Below, in pieces: positions 1-11,315 of a stretch of DNA of 64,000 bases. Both the position numbers and the translations under genes were made by a program. Under the pieces are notes generated by a model. It was not told the origin of the DNA and did not search any database. It saw only the letters and a list, made by a program, of their open reading frames with translations. Each line of letters begins with the position of its first letter. Positions within the stretch are counted from its first letter, which is position 1. This DNA comes from Hydrurus foetidus (Eukaryota): the NCBI GenBank assembly GCA_900617105.1, contig UYFQ01000460.1, positions 1 through 64,000 of the forward strand. Reading direction: 5' to 3'.

Positions 1-21
1 AAGAAGAAGAAGAAGAAGAAG

Positions 22-50
<29 letters not shown>
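1..50. repeat. (GAA)n trinucleotide microsatellite; reads as poly-Ser on the minus strand in the transposase-like frame
   Basis: Pure AAG/GAA run from the window start to 50, degenerate to ~86. Confidence 0.95.
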
Positions 51-52
<2 letters not shown>

Positions 53-1351
53 GGATGAAGAAGGTGGAGAAGAAAAGGAGGAAGAAGTGTCCGACATGCT
101 CGATGAGTGAGGGTTGTTAGGGCTGGGTACAGTGAACTCCAAGGACTTTCTCTTCATTGACACGAGTCTTTTGCTCATTAATTTTGGTAAGATAGAATGA
201 ACTAGCATTTCTGTCATTAACATTGTATCAGAAATTGTTAACGGCTCTTTATAATTTTTGTTTTTCGATATTTCTTTTACTGTATTTATTGGTTCCTCTT
301 CATATTCTTCTGCGATGTTGGCATAACTAGTATTGGGGCAATTTTCTTTATTACTCTCTGTTTCGCCAATAATTGTTTCTTTATTTGTTTTTCTTTTTTT
401 GCTTATAAGCAGTACCCATAAATCGTAGTCGTTGCTTCCACTGTCTAAACTAAACCATTTTCTATCTTCTGTGAATAAATTGTCGGCGATTGATATAATA
501 GCTATATTAAGAAGCCCATCAGCGGATGCATCAAAGTAGCACTTAACTGTTCTACTCTGAGGTTGTAACTGAGTTTTACTAATGCTTCTATGCTTAGATT
601 TCATCTCAGATCTAATTGACTTTCCTACTCATACTATCTCATTTAGTCTGTCAAACAATAATACGGACATTGCATCTATACAGTGTATGTTTGCTGATGT
701 GTAGGTACTCTTCCCGCCTACATGAGAGGGTTCTAAGATTGCTGTAGCTACAGCTGCTAGAGATATCTGATTATATATATCGTCTTTGGCCTCTAATCTT
801 CTTCTATTTTGCATGTCCGCATTTCTTATAACAACAGGTGCTATTTGTGATACGTACCGCGCACAACATGATCTAGACAGTGGTTTCAACGACTCACTGT
901 TGACTTCAGAACCAAGTGCAAGACGTCTCTCTATCTCAATCATTTTAATTATATTAGCACTACTGATTGATGCTCCAGCAAGATTGGCATTTCTATTAAC
1001 TAATGTAATTTTACTAATGATTGCTTTACTAACAAGATGTGGACGTCCACCACTATTCGGACTCTTTACACATGTGGCTAAGCAAGTCTGCTCTATTACG
1101 TTATCAACTTCATTTCCATTAGACTCCATTTCTAATGACATCCTCCGTTTTTTAAGATGTCTGTGTCATCAGTACAGTAATAATTAGTCGATCGTTCACA
1201 GTCCAATCAATTTTATCGGTACTAACCTAAATATTGACGTCTTGGAAACTCCGTTTCTTACTGCGAGCTGCTGCAAATTATATTCTCCATTCTCATCTTC
1301 ATATTCGTCAAGAATCTTTTTCATTTGAACATCTTTAGCTATTTTCTTCAT
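1..1351 (-). pseudogene. Divergent pogo/Tc1-mariner-like DDE transposase with one in-frame stop; runs off the window
   Basis: ATG at 1351 gives MKKIAKD...YNLQQLAVRNGVSKTSIFR, a psq-type HTH look-alike. A GT-AG intron (1226-1161) joins it in frame to the 1141-629 ORF (GGRP motif; NIHCIDAMS resembles pogo I.N.DET). The same frame continues past TGA 629-631 as ...RTVKCYFDASADG..., resembling pogo R.T.L...NA.G. Confidence 0.55.
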
Positions 1352-2126
1352 TGACTTCACCACATTAACTGTAAGTGAGTGAGTGTATCGAATGAGTATG
1401 TATTTTTTTTATTAACGATTGGATTTCAACGAAAATTACTAAGATTAATATAGCAGCATATATAAAGAAATTGAGCTGTAAAATTTGAGTGTTGGATCAT
1501 TATTCAGGTCGTTGTCAGTATTTAAGTGGATGATTTTAGCGACTACAATGATGACAATATTTCAGTATTTTTGGAGAGATGGAGAGCAAGTTGATTTCGG
1601 TTGAAAAATTCTGCATCATTATTGTGTTCACCTTCCAGTGAATCCATCGAAAAAGTTTCGAGTAGATGTCTTCTACTTGTTTTTCTATGGTCCTCAAAAT
1701 GCTGCAAAAATACAGCAAAAATGACTTATTAGGAGTCACACCACTTTTCAGGGAAGCATTATATTGCACTATAACTTCAGATTATGAGAGATAAGTAGTC
1801 TGAGTGATGATATGAGCAATAACATTGGCAAAAGAAGGCGTTCTATGAATCATTCTGGGACAGTTTTGAAGGCACCAAATTATGGCAGTTTTGAATTCGA
1901 TCTCACTTAAAATTGCGTGAAATTCAAAATTTCTTCGCGCGCGCACAGCGTTGAAGACCTCTGACACTGGAAATCGAAAAAGTTTGGAAATCGATTCTAC
2001 AGCCTTGATGTTGTAACTATGTGAGTTGAGTTGTCGAGAGACATCTCATCGAGATTGCGATTCCACTTTTGTGGGGGGGTTTTGGGATTCCACGAGGTTT
2101 TGGGACTGGCTGGATGGCTGGATAAT

Positions 2127-3434
2127 AGAGTGGTGGAGCAATCCGGAAGTCCCGCTTTTTTTGGGGTAAATCCGGATTGATCCGGAAGTTGACTTCTGGA
2201 TTGATCCGGATGTCCCACTCAAAAATACTCCAATCCAGAAGTCAAACTTCCGGATCGATACGCCCCCTAAAATGAAGCTGCTGCTGTATAAACTTACAGC
2301 ACCGCTCTCATAGCAGCAGGAATACACACTCAACCGAGCACAAAAATGGTCATCACGCTGAGAAATGTTTGCAGGAGTCAACAATATCGGACACAGGCAA
2401 TGTATGCCATTTGAAATTTTCCCAACGATGCCTTGAGCACCGATTTCTCTGTGATTTTCATCGCACTCCTCAAAATGGGAGCCTGTTTGTAGAAAAAAAC
2501 GTTCCCGAGCCAACGCTCTTCAGCTGTGACGCTGTCTAATCGGGAAAGTGCGCTAGGCGCTTCTTTTTGGATCCCAAACGAGTCTCAGGACGCTGATAAA
2601 GGACCGCAGTTGATAGCTTCCACGTTCCCGAACGTCGGACCAAGCCGAAAGCTTCAGATCGCTCCGGCTCGTGTCCCACAAGGTCATACAGAGCATCATA
2701 GATAACTTTGTGCCTTGCGGCGACAGGCGGCGCGCCAGTTTTCTCGCGGTCGCTCAAATTACCTACTACACATTTTTACGGCTAGATATCACTTTTGTAG
2801 TCTACCTGTAGATATAAGAAAACATTCTTCAGACACAGCTTTTCTTATTTTAAAAAGATGCATAGTTTTGAGATCGACTACCATGCTGCAGCAGCCGAAC
2901 ACTGTCGGCAGGCCTTGCCCGAGCTGTCCCAGAAGGTCGCTGTCTCTGAAACCTTGCCAGCAGGAGTCGAAACTTCTTAGAATTCGAGATCAGCGGTAAG
3001 AATGTACGCAATAGTTTATGCCATATGATTGTGAAAGTGATTTGAGAGCCCGAGGGCCATTCAGCTGCTTAGAAGGTGATATACTTGAGGGTTGATAGTA
3101 GAAATCATCACTTGATAATGGAGGCCTAAAATGACGAAATTAGGAACTTTTACTTGACTGCAAAAAAGAAAAAATGCTGGTTACCACGAAAAACTCACTG
3201 AACGTCGTCACTATCTGATTTCTAGCGAAAAAATTGCGTCGATAGTCGATTTTGAGTCGATATCATACTCCCTTACCCACATGCACTAGGGAGAAGTCGA
3301 ACCCACCGGTCTCTTAGGGGTTCCATGGATCCGAAATTCCGGAATCCACGTGCTCCACCACGGATCCGATCATGAAAAATAATCCGGAAATTTTCAAAAC
3401 CTGGATCCGGAATTCCAGGTTGCTCCACCACTCT
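2127..3434. mobile_element. Non-autonomous TIR DNA transposon (~1.3 kb)
   Basis: Perfect 15-bp TIR AGAGTGGTGGAGCAA (2127-2141) / TTGCTCCACCACTCT (3420-3434). Clustered subterminal TCCGGA/GGATCC palindromes at both ends. TAAT flanks both sides. No transposase ORF seen. Confidence 0.85.
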
Positions 3435-3477
3435 TAATATGTAACAACGCAGCAATTAACCGTTCTGGTGCACGGGG

Positions 3478-4999
3478 CAAGGGGGTATAAAAGGAGAGGG
3501 GGCAGTACCAACCCAAAGTCCCACTCAAGCTTTTCTCACCAGAGTCTCACCCAACTCCCAACTACCCGAACATACTCACCATCATAAGAGCTGATATACA
3601 GACCAACTTTGGCAACATGCTACAAAGCAGCCAAGGACTGCGCGTCCTCGTCCATGAGCGTCCAGCGTTCGCCAAATCCCAGCGGTCCTTTTGATAGACG
3701 AATTTTGTCTGCATCTTCAGTTCGCGATTTTGCTCGTCCCCACTTCGGTAAGCTTCTCTCGACTAAGTTAGAAATTGAATGTCGATCGTCACCTTGGCAG
3801 ACTTCGGGAATAGCTCAATACGTGCACAACAAAACGATTCCCAAAATCTGCCAAGGCACACTTCAATACTCACGAATTTATCGATTTCGACAAATTTGCC
3901 GTCTACTTGTGCCTAATTTTCTCTGCATTGCCGCAACAAATTCAACAGGCCAACGGATTTTTTATTTGAAAACAATAAGATAATATCAAGAGGCACAGTA
4001 GTGAACCTCCGCCCGATTGCAGTTAAACTGTCTTCCGGGCATCTTCTGATAACTGAACATGAGAAACAAATTCATCTGTAATATCATAATCGAAATCCAC
4101 CGCCGTCCTTCGAACCTATCAAGTCTATGAGCACTGGACTGAGCATCATCTCACTATTCTAATTGACCCAATTTTTTTGCAGAATCTGATCGCTCGAGGA
4201 TTTGGCGCGGGCTCGGTGGCGCAGCTATAAAAGAAGCCTAATTTCGATAGATAGACTTTATTTAATTACGATGCGTAGCATGTGCTGTAATTAAAGAGCA
4301 TTGAGTTTTCATATCATTCGAATCGCTGGCTTGTGAATTTCATCGGAGTAGTGTAGTACGGGCCTGAAAAAAGATGATAAGCTGGGTATTCTTGCTGTAA
4401 ATTTATTCGTGACTAAACAGGTTGAAGAAAAAAATCCGGCGCTCCCCAGCAAAATCCAAGAATTGCGGTCGACTCCCACTGATAATTCAGAACTTGTCAT
4501 GCCTGTCAGTTCTTTGGGAGACGATTTCTAGTCTAAATAGTGAGATCGTCGTTTTTAGTGAAAAATATGGTACATATGAGATTGCAATTTTTCGACTCGT
4601 GGAGCTCGAGAAGGTAAATTTTCGACGCTCACTTAACCTACCAGTACAGAATGCTTGATGCAGGAGTGTCTGGCATCGGTTTGTCTCGAAGGATCGTCGA
4701 TGACTGCGATCAACCGGCGAAATTTTTGGGAATTTATCAATTTTTTGCACAAAAATTAGAGGGTTGGCTCCGGCAGGAAAATCCCAGCAAATCCAAACTT
4801 CTCACTCTTCGAAGTACCTTCCTTTTGGGAGCGCTTGGGGTTCTGCCTGCTGGAATCCCTTCGACTGTTCTGTACTTCGTACTGTGCCACATGTGAGGGA
4901 GGGTAGTTCAGATTTTGTATTTTTGGGTGAGACTCTGGTGAGAAAAGCTTGAGTGGGACTTTGGGTTGGTACTGCCCCCTCTCCTTTTATACCCCCTTG
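3478..4999. mobile_element. Non-autonomous DNA transposon with 77-bp perfect TIRs and 7-bp TSD (P-element-like termini)
   Basis: CAAGGGGGTATAAAAGGAG...TCTCACCCAA at 3478-3554 is the exact reverse complement of 4923-4999. Direct repeat CACGGGG at 3471-3477 and 5000-5006. Confidence 0.93.
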
Positions 5000-5276
5000 C
5001 ACGGGGGATGGGATCTGGCTGGGTTCTAGGTTCTGGTTTCTGGGTTCTGGATTATTTCGGATTATTTCGGGATTTCGCATGCACGCGCCCGCGCGCAGGC
5101 TTCCGCGCTCCGCTCGCGGGAATTTATTTCTGGATGGCGTCTTCTTCCCTCCGATGTTACAGTAAATAATTTATAGTTCAACATACAGACGAAATTAATG
5201 GAAGTAGGTCCTCAAGACTTTGCCGATTGTAAAATATTTTCCGGTGACCACTAAGCGTCAGACACCTCTACCTCCT

Positions 5277-6983
5277 ATGGCTGCCTTCGAGGAGCAGCTC
5301 AGCGGTATGGCTGGGGAAATCCGTTCCTCCTTAACTTCAGAGCAGTTTGATCTTGCAAACTACACTGAGCTTCGAGCCCGTGATCTAGTTCTGGCAGCAT
5401 TCAACTCTCCTCTGAATGCTCCCACAACAATGGTGCGGTTTACCTTCGTCGTTGGTGGTGGAAAGCTCGTGAGAGCGAAATATTCTGATGATCTCCCAAA
5501 GTGGATGGGAGCTGCTTTACGTGATATCGGCTACATTGCAGACGCTAGTGCAGCAGAGACTTTTGACTCTCAAGGTTTGATAAAAGTTGATTTTGAAGAA
5601 GAGGGTTCGCACTAAAATCTGTCCCAACAACGCACCTTTTCCATGAAAGCAATTTACAAACGATTTGTAATTCATTCCGTTTGTCATCCAGGAACTTTCA
5701 AGCAACAACACGACACAGGGCAAAATCTTAAATACCTGATTGTTTATCCTCGTGTTTCATGTGCGGTGAAAGTAAGCTCGAATAGCGAGGAAGGACAGAA
5801 ATGTGACGACAATGCTGCCGTCGACACGAAAAGTCCTGAGTACATCGTATCAGCATGTGAGATGGCTACATTCAGAGAGATTGTCTCCAGCAAAACGCAG
5901 TCCTGGAGACAGAGGAAGAGGCTACTGAAAGTCCTCCAAGATAGCGCTGAATACTTCGAAAGCATAGAAGCTAAGCTAATTACTGGAGCTGCTTTGACGG
6001 TCAAGGAGCAAGCAACCTACGAATCCAACTCAGGTGATAAAATCTTCTTGGGAAGCGCAAGAGTACTAAAAGTAATGTAGCAGGATTCGTATTTTTGAAT
6101 TGCTGGGACTTCAATTGTCAATTTCTGATTCTGCAGGAGTTGATGGTGAGAAGATTCTATGGCTCCAAGGAGAAATCAAGAAGTTTGTCGATGACGGTAA
6201 GATCACAATCTCGACACCGTGAATTCAGTCCATCATTTCAAGTAACATTCATCATTCATCGATCCATCTCAATCGATAAGCCAACACCTTCGATGGATGT
6301 AATCTCATACAAATTCAGGTCGCCTGACAAGTTCGGAGAAAGAAGAACTTCTAGCAAGCATAGATGAAAATTTGGCCACAGTCGCCGAAGAAATTACAGC
6401 AGCGAAAGCAGAGGAGAAATCCAAAAAAGTCGACAAATTGCAAGAGAAGCAAACCGCCATAACAGCTCGAAAGGCGGCCGTACAAAAAATTCAGCCAATC
6501 CAGCATCGCTTGAAACATGGAGATGAAGTTCTTAAACTACGCGTCAAAGTACTGCCCTTGATGGCACTGGAGGACAAGGGAAGGTCAATGAGTCTGACAC
6601 TGGCTGACTTGAAGTCAATCGAAGAAAAATCAGATATCGAAACTGATATCGCGCTCCTGGAGAACGCATCGAGAGGCTGGTTTGAGGATGAGGACGACTT
6701 CGCTTCGAAGTGTAAAATTGAGGTGAAGGAAGCGAAGTCTCGTTATGCTGCGAAGGTGAAAGCTCAAGCGGGCAAAAAGGGAGGTGGTAGCAGTTCAGCG
6801 GGCGTTTTGAGCGGTAAGACAGGAACTCAGCGTAGTAGCAGCTCGGCCGGCAGCAGTAGTGCTGGATCAGGAGGATGGGCATCGATAGGAGTGAAGAAGG
6901 CAACGCCAGCTGGCTCTTCTGGCGCGAAAAAGACTTCGTCGAGTGGATTCGCGGCCGCTTTTGGCGACAGTGATAGTGACTAA
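5277..6983 (+). CDS. Uncharacterised 4-exon protein with coiled-coil and Gly/Ser-rich C-terminus
   Basis: Exons 5277-5574, 5692-6033, 6137-6196 and 6319-6983 splice in frame through GT-AG introns and link three separate ORF-track segments. Ends ...GFAAAFGDSDSD. Confidence 0.85.
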
Positions 6984-7298
6984 GATTAAAATTGCCTAGT
7001 GATTGCGATAGGCGACTTCTGATGTGATGCCTTTATTAGTAGTGCGAGACTATAACGTGTCTTTTACTAATACAAGTCAATTTGTCACAATTTCTGCTAC
7101 CCATCAAGTATCGCGGGATAGGCCCGAATATGGCATATTTCAGTTACCACTAATATTTACAGGCTCAAGCGACGCTTTAAGTGAGCACCAATCTACAGAC
7201 GCGGGCGATAATATACAGGAAGTTGGTAAATACAAGGGTGCTTTAAGGTACACACGAAAGCTCAAGAAGAAGTGTCATCTCTGACATGCTTCTTTGAG

Positions 7299-8287
7299 CT
7301 AGCAGAACTCGTTTGCCCAATAGTCCATGGCGTCCAATGCCACTTCGCAACTCTCCGTGATGACTTTCTCGTCGTCATCCAGATACAGGTTCAAGATTTT
7401 TTCTGCTTTTTCGCCTCCAATCGCGCCGAGCGCTTCCGCTGCTTCATGTCGTACCTACGTGCAACCGTGTTTTGCAATTTTAAGAAGGTTGAATTCGGGA
7501 AAACGCCTGATAAAACAGCTGAAGTTGAACTTACCATTCTGTGCTCCTGCTTGTCCTTCAGGATATCTGCCAACCCGGAGATAGTTACCGACCTCTGCAT
7601 CTGGCCAAGCACGAAGGCTACTTCATGCCTAAATAATGCGCTTTTGTCACCGAATCCAGATACCAATGCCAGCGCTGCAACGTCTGAGTTGGCATCCCTC
7701 AATGAAAACATAGCCCGGTATCTGTGAAACAATGACAGGGACGGATCGAGAAGACTTTTTTGTAATTCCGCGATGGTCAGTTTTTCTGACAGTGGAGGTG
7801 CAGGATCGAAAGATAAGTATAGACTTTTCTCATCATAGTTTGTGTGCCCGTTAGCTGTTTCGATTTCTGCTTGCTGAATCTTCCAATTGATTAAGTCCAC
7901 AGCAATCTGACACGTCTCAGATATCTCAGATGCTGAGTGCTTCGAGTACTTCACGAGGACTGGAAGTGAGCTGAAATGACCAATAGAGCCAAGCGCTTCA
8001 GCAGATTCGTGACGCACCAAAATATCATCAGATTCGTCCTCGAGTACGGATGTTAGGACAGGACAGGCGTCCCTGCTTCTCATTTGACCCAGGATGTACG
8101 CCAGTTCATGTCTCATTAAAGCCCCGTCCTCACGGATGAGAAGGGCCTCAGTGACAGCTGCGACTGCCTCAGGAGTGCCAATAGTTCGTAAGTGAAAGGC
8201 GGCGATTGTTCTTTTCGTTATAGGTTGCGCAATATTCAGGAGACATCTGCGGAGGGCAGGGACAGGAGGTGAGGTGGTGGTCGCCAT
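7299..8287 (-). CDS. DOHH: Deoxyhypusine hydroxylase (HEAT-repeat diiron monooxygenase)
   Basis: Four His-Glu motifs ([38 protein letters not shown]), the SFDPAPP linker and [10 protein letters not shown]. One intron (7534-7455) restores the fourth motif and the ESCEVALD end. Confidence 0.96.
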
Positions 8288-8671
8288 TGTCGCCAAACTT
8301 TCTCAATCTGACTTCAGTGCCAAAACAGTGCCCTTCAATCACTGAAAGTACGGTCCTTTTGCAATGCTAGCTGAAGCAGTAATTTTTTAGCAAGAGCTGT
8401 TGTGCGGTGAGAACCCTTTAACCGATGTTGTCAGTACAGTTTGAATCAATTCTTCAAAATAGTCGCCAATTTTTGGCTAATTGTTCTGAAATCTGCGTGG
8501 TTGTTGTCACAAGTCACCAAGAGCCTATCAAAATAGAAAATAGACAGAACAATTAAAATTAGAATTGTTTTAAATTATTGCAAAAAACAGTTATTGATTT
8601 GGTTTGTTGCGGATGAAAAAAAACTGGAGACGCCGGATACAATTATTAATTATTATGCTGTGTTGGATATA

Positions 8672-8724
8672 GGATAGCTATCCCTACGGGGAAAATCCCC
8701 TTGGGGGAAATCCCTTTGGGGTTA
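8672..8724. repeat. 12-bp palindrome plus three imperfect 15-bp self-complementary units
   Basis: GGATAGCTATCC, then ATCCCTACGGGGAAA / ATCCCCTTGGGGGAA / ATCCCTTTGGGGTTA. Confidence 0.7.
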
Positions 8725-9150
8725 TATCATCTGAGCCCAAGCGGAGGAGCGAAGGTAGCGCTTTCAGACCCGAGACCATCACTCAAACTGTACTCGAAGT
8801 TGCAATTGATGATGACTATGAACAGTCAACTGTAGCTAGTAGAGCTAGCCATGAATTGCTTTGTTTTGACATGCCGAGCACTTCTAATTAAAAGAGACGA
8901 TATGGCTGTGAGCCATTATATCTACACTTGAGTGAGCTGTTTGAACAACTTGGTCAACTAGCTGAAAGAAAAGTGTGTTCTGAACGAACCACTGCCATCA
9001 ACCAGGTGCTCTGACTGGATCCAGGATCCAAAAAGCAGACTTATTCCAAAACGTGGCGATTGTTCGCCATGAAACCGGTGATCCGGGTCAGCTCTCACAT
9101 CTCACAGCGATATTAGAGTGTTTGCGCAAACGGAAATATTATCTCGTATA

Positions 9151-9600
9151 CCGTCGAGTACCTATTCTTTTGCCATTATGAAGTGAAAATAGGATTTTGA
9201 CAACGGTCAGAATCACGGAAATTTTTACACGGTAATTGCCAACGGGAACTGCTAACTCCTCGGACATAAAATTTCACGCAAATATGATAGTGGATTCGGA
9301 AAGAATATAGTTATTTTAGTTACACTGCCTGTTCAGTTTTCAATCTGCGCTCACCAAAATCGAGAAAATTCGATCGCAAGGGACCGAAAGTTCATTTTGG
9401 ATCGCGATTTGCAGCCGATCTACTCACCGTAGGTGCATGACCATCATATATCAAAAGATGCGAACAACCTCAGGCAACACCTGACACATCTCATCGGGGT
9501 CCCCAATTCTCTAGTCGCGATATTGCTGGAAAACAGCCAAAAATCACCGAAATTACGAAAACCGGAATTCTAAGATGGCAAAAGAATAGGCACTCGACGG
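9151..9600. mobile_element. Tc1/mariner-type MITE (450 bp)
   Basis: 26-bp TIR CCGTCGAGTRCCTATTCTTTTGCCAT with 1 mismatch at 9151-9176 and 9575-9600, flanked by TA on both sides. Confidence 0.9.
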
Positions 9601-10024
9601 TATATATCCGAGATCTCGGGAATAAAATATCCGAGATTTAAGTGACGCCGGGAACTTGTGCACTCGCGGATTGGGTTCTCTGGATCGAAGTAGGATCGGA
9701 ACCGGTGCGAGCCGCTCCTTTTCAGATCCAAAGTAAAAACGGCTTGTATACGAAATTCCTTGCGAAATTTTGAGAGGTAGAGTACAGGACAGAATACAGA
9801 GCGGATGTAGATGTAGATGTAGAACACAATACAACACCTGTTTTCAGTTTTGTGTGCGCACGCATACTATACGGTTCTGTACTCATCTCACTGAGTGTTT
9901 GTCGCAAATCTTTCAGTTTGTTGCAACTTGTGGTGGAAGTCTTCCGTGTAAATACTTAGTGTATTTAGATTGAATCGCTATCGCAACTCTCACGAGTCTA
10001 ACGAATGATCGGCCACCGACAAAT

Positions 10025-11156
10025 GTGATCAATCATGGTCTACCTGAATACGCTATTCTTCCTGCGGCAGCAACGGCGTCAGTGAACATCATCTCCAGCT
10101 TCAGTCATGATGCGTATCAAGGGGAGGGTACACTGCGTCTCAGCTTCAACGCATCAATGACGCCATGGCAGAAGCCAACCTTCCTGCTTCCTGCTACTGC
10201 ACTACCAGAGGGTATAAACTTGACGTTGGGATTTCTTGACAACTCTATGGTCCAATTGTGGCAGTTGCGCGGCAAGCCAACTAGCACAACGACGTACGCG
10301 ATGCTTGTCGGGCTAGCTGGGCACGGACATCTGTTGCAGAGAGCTCTCGCAATAGGCAGCAGGATTAGCGTTCCCACATCACCATACTTTCTGTTGGCAA
10401 TGGAAGATCTGGAGAACGTTGCATTACAGCACGCTGCCGCTTGGTCTGCGTCAGAAAGGAAGAGGCTGGAGGAAGCGCGCGATGATAACATTGAGAGGGA
10501 GAACGTGGAGAAGCGGATCCGATTCGTTGTGCAGGACGACTTGGGAGTGCACAGCCAAGGTGAGAAGGTGCACGTGAAGGTGTTGATAGATTTAGAGGGT
10601 AGACCGCATACGACGAGCAGAGAGGGAGAAGAACTTGGGTTTGGTGTTTCGAGTGTACAATGAGAGGAGATGGCAATTCATCATGGGAACTGAGTGTGTA
10701 CTCCAGGTTGAGGAACATGCTAGAGTGATTAACGAACAGTCTACGCTACAGATTAGCGAACGAGACCCCGGATTCAAATGTTGCGGTCTGCTCGATAGGG
10801 TCTATGGACTGAGCTTCTTAGTCGACATTCCGTTGCTCAAGAAACCGCTTACTGGCGATTTCGGTGGTCCTGTGGCCTCACTAGGATCTAGGCACTCGGG
10901 GCAGGACGGCTGGGAGCGGGGGCAAGGGAATGTGGGCTGTGAAAGCTATTGCTATGATAGCAATGTGGTTAGCTTACAGGTAAACACAGCAGATATCATG
11001 GCAATGAATCGTCTGTATCGGATCGTCCTCGATCCGATCCGAACGTACGCCTGTACCCGTACAGCCCGTACGGGTGTTCGGATCACAGTGTCCCTCTCTC
11101 TCCAAAGGGGTGTACTAACTAACAAAATTCATCATCAAAATACTAATTGTGAATAA
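10025..11156 (+). pseudogene. Frameshifted intronless ORF remnant, probably ORF1/gag-like protein of an unidentified retroelement
   Basis: Two overlapping + ORFs (10025-10663 and 10635-11156) read as one protein across a frameshift near EGEEL/GLVFRVY. It lies in a transposon cluster and has no motif I can name. Confidence 0.4.
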
Positions 11157-11315
11157 GTAACTAACCGATTGAATAACTATTTCAGACTAAGAAGTGAAAG
11201 TTCCTTACTGAATAAACCTCCCGAAAATCCCTCAGGATCCAATTTAGGAGAAATCTTTATGATTTAGTTAATCAATTTTGATTTTACCGGTTTAACAGTA
11301 GTTTACGATGAATCA

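Noticed and set aside
629..631. TGA read-through (alternative genetic code or selenocysteine) in the transposase-like ORF
   Set aside because: Host genes here use TGA as a normal stop (LPA1, HSF, ATPase). A nonsense mutation in a decayed element is simpler.
786..1187. 133-aa hydrophobic + strand ORF as a membrane protein
   Set aside because: It is the antisense shadow of the A-rich minus-strand transposase-like frame.
2060..2108. Candidate TIR (minus strand CAGTCCCAAAACC...) of the pogo-like element
   Set aside because: No TA flank and no partner TIR inside the window, so it cannot be supported.
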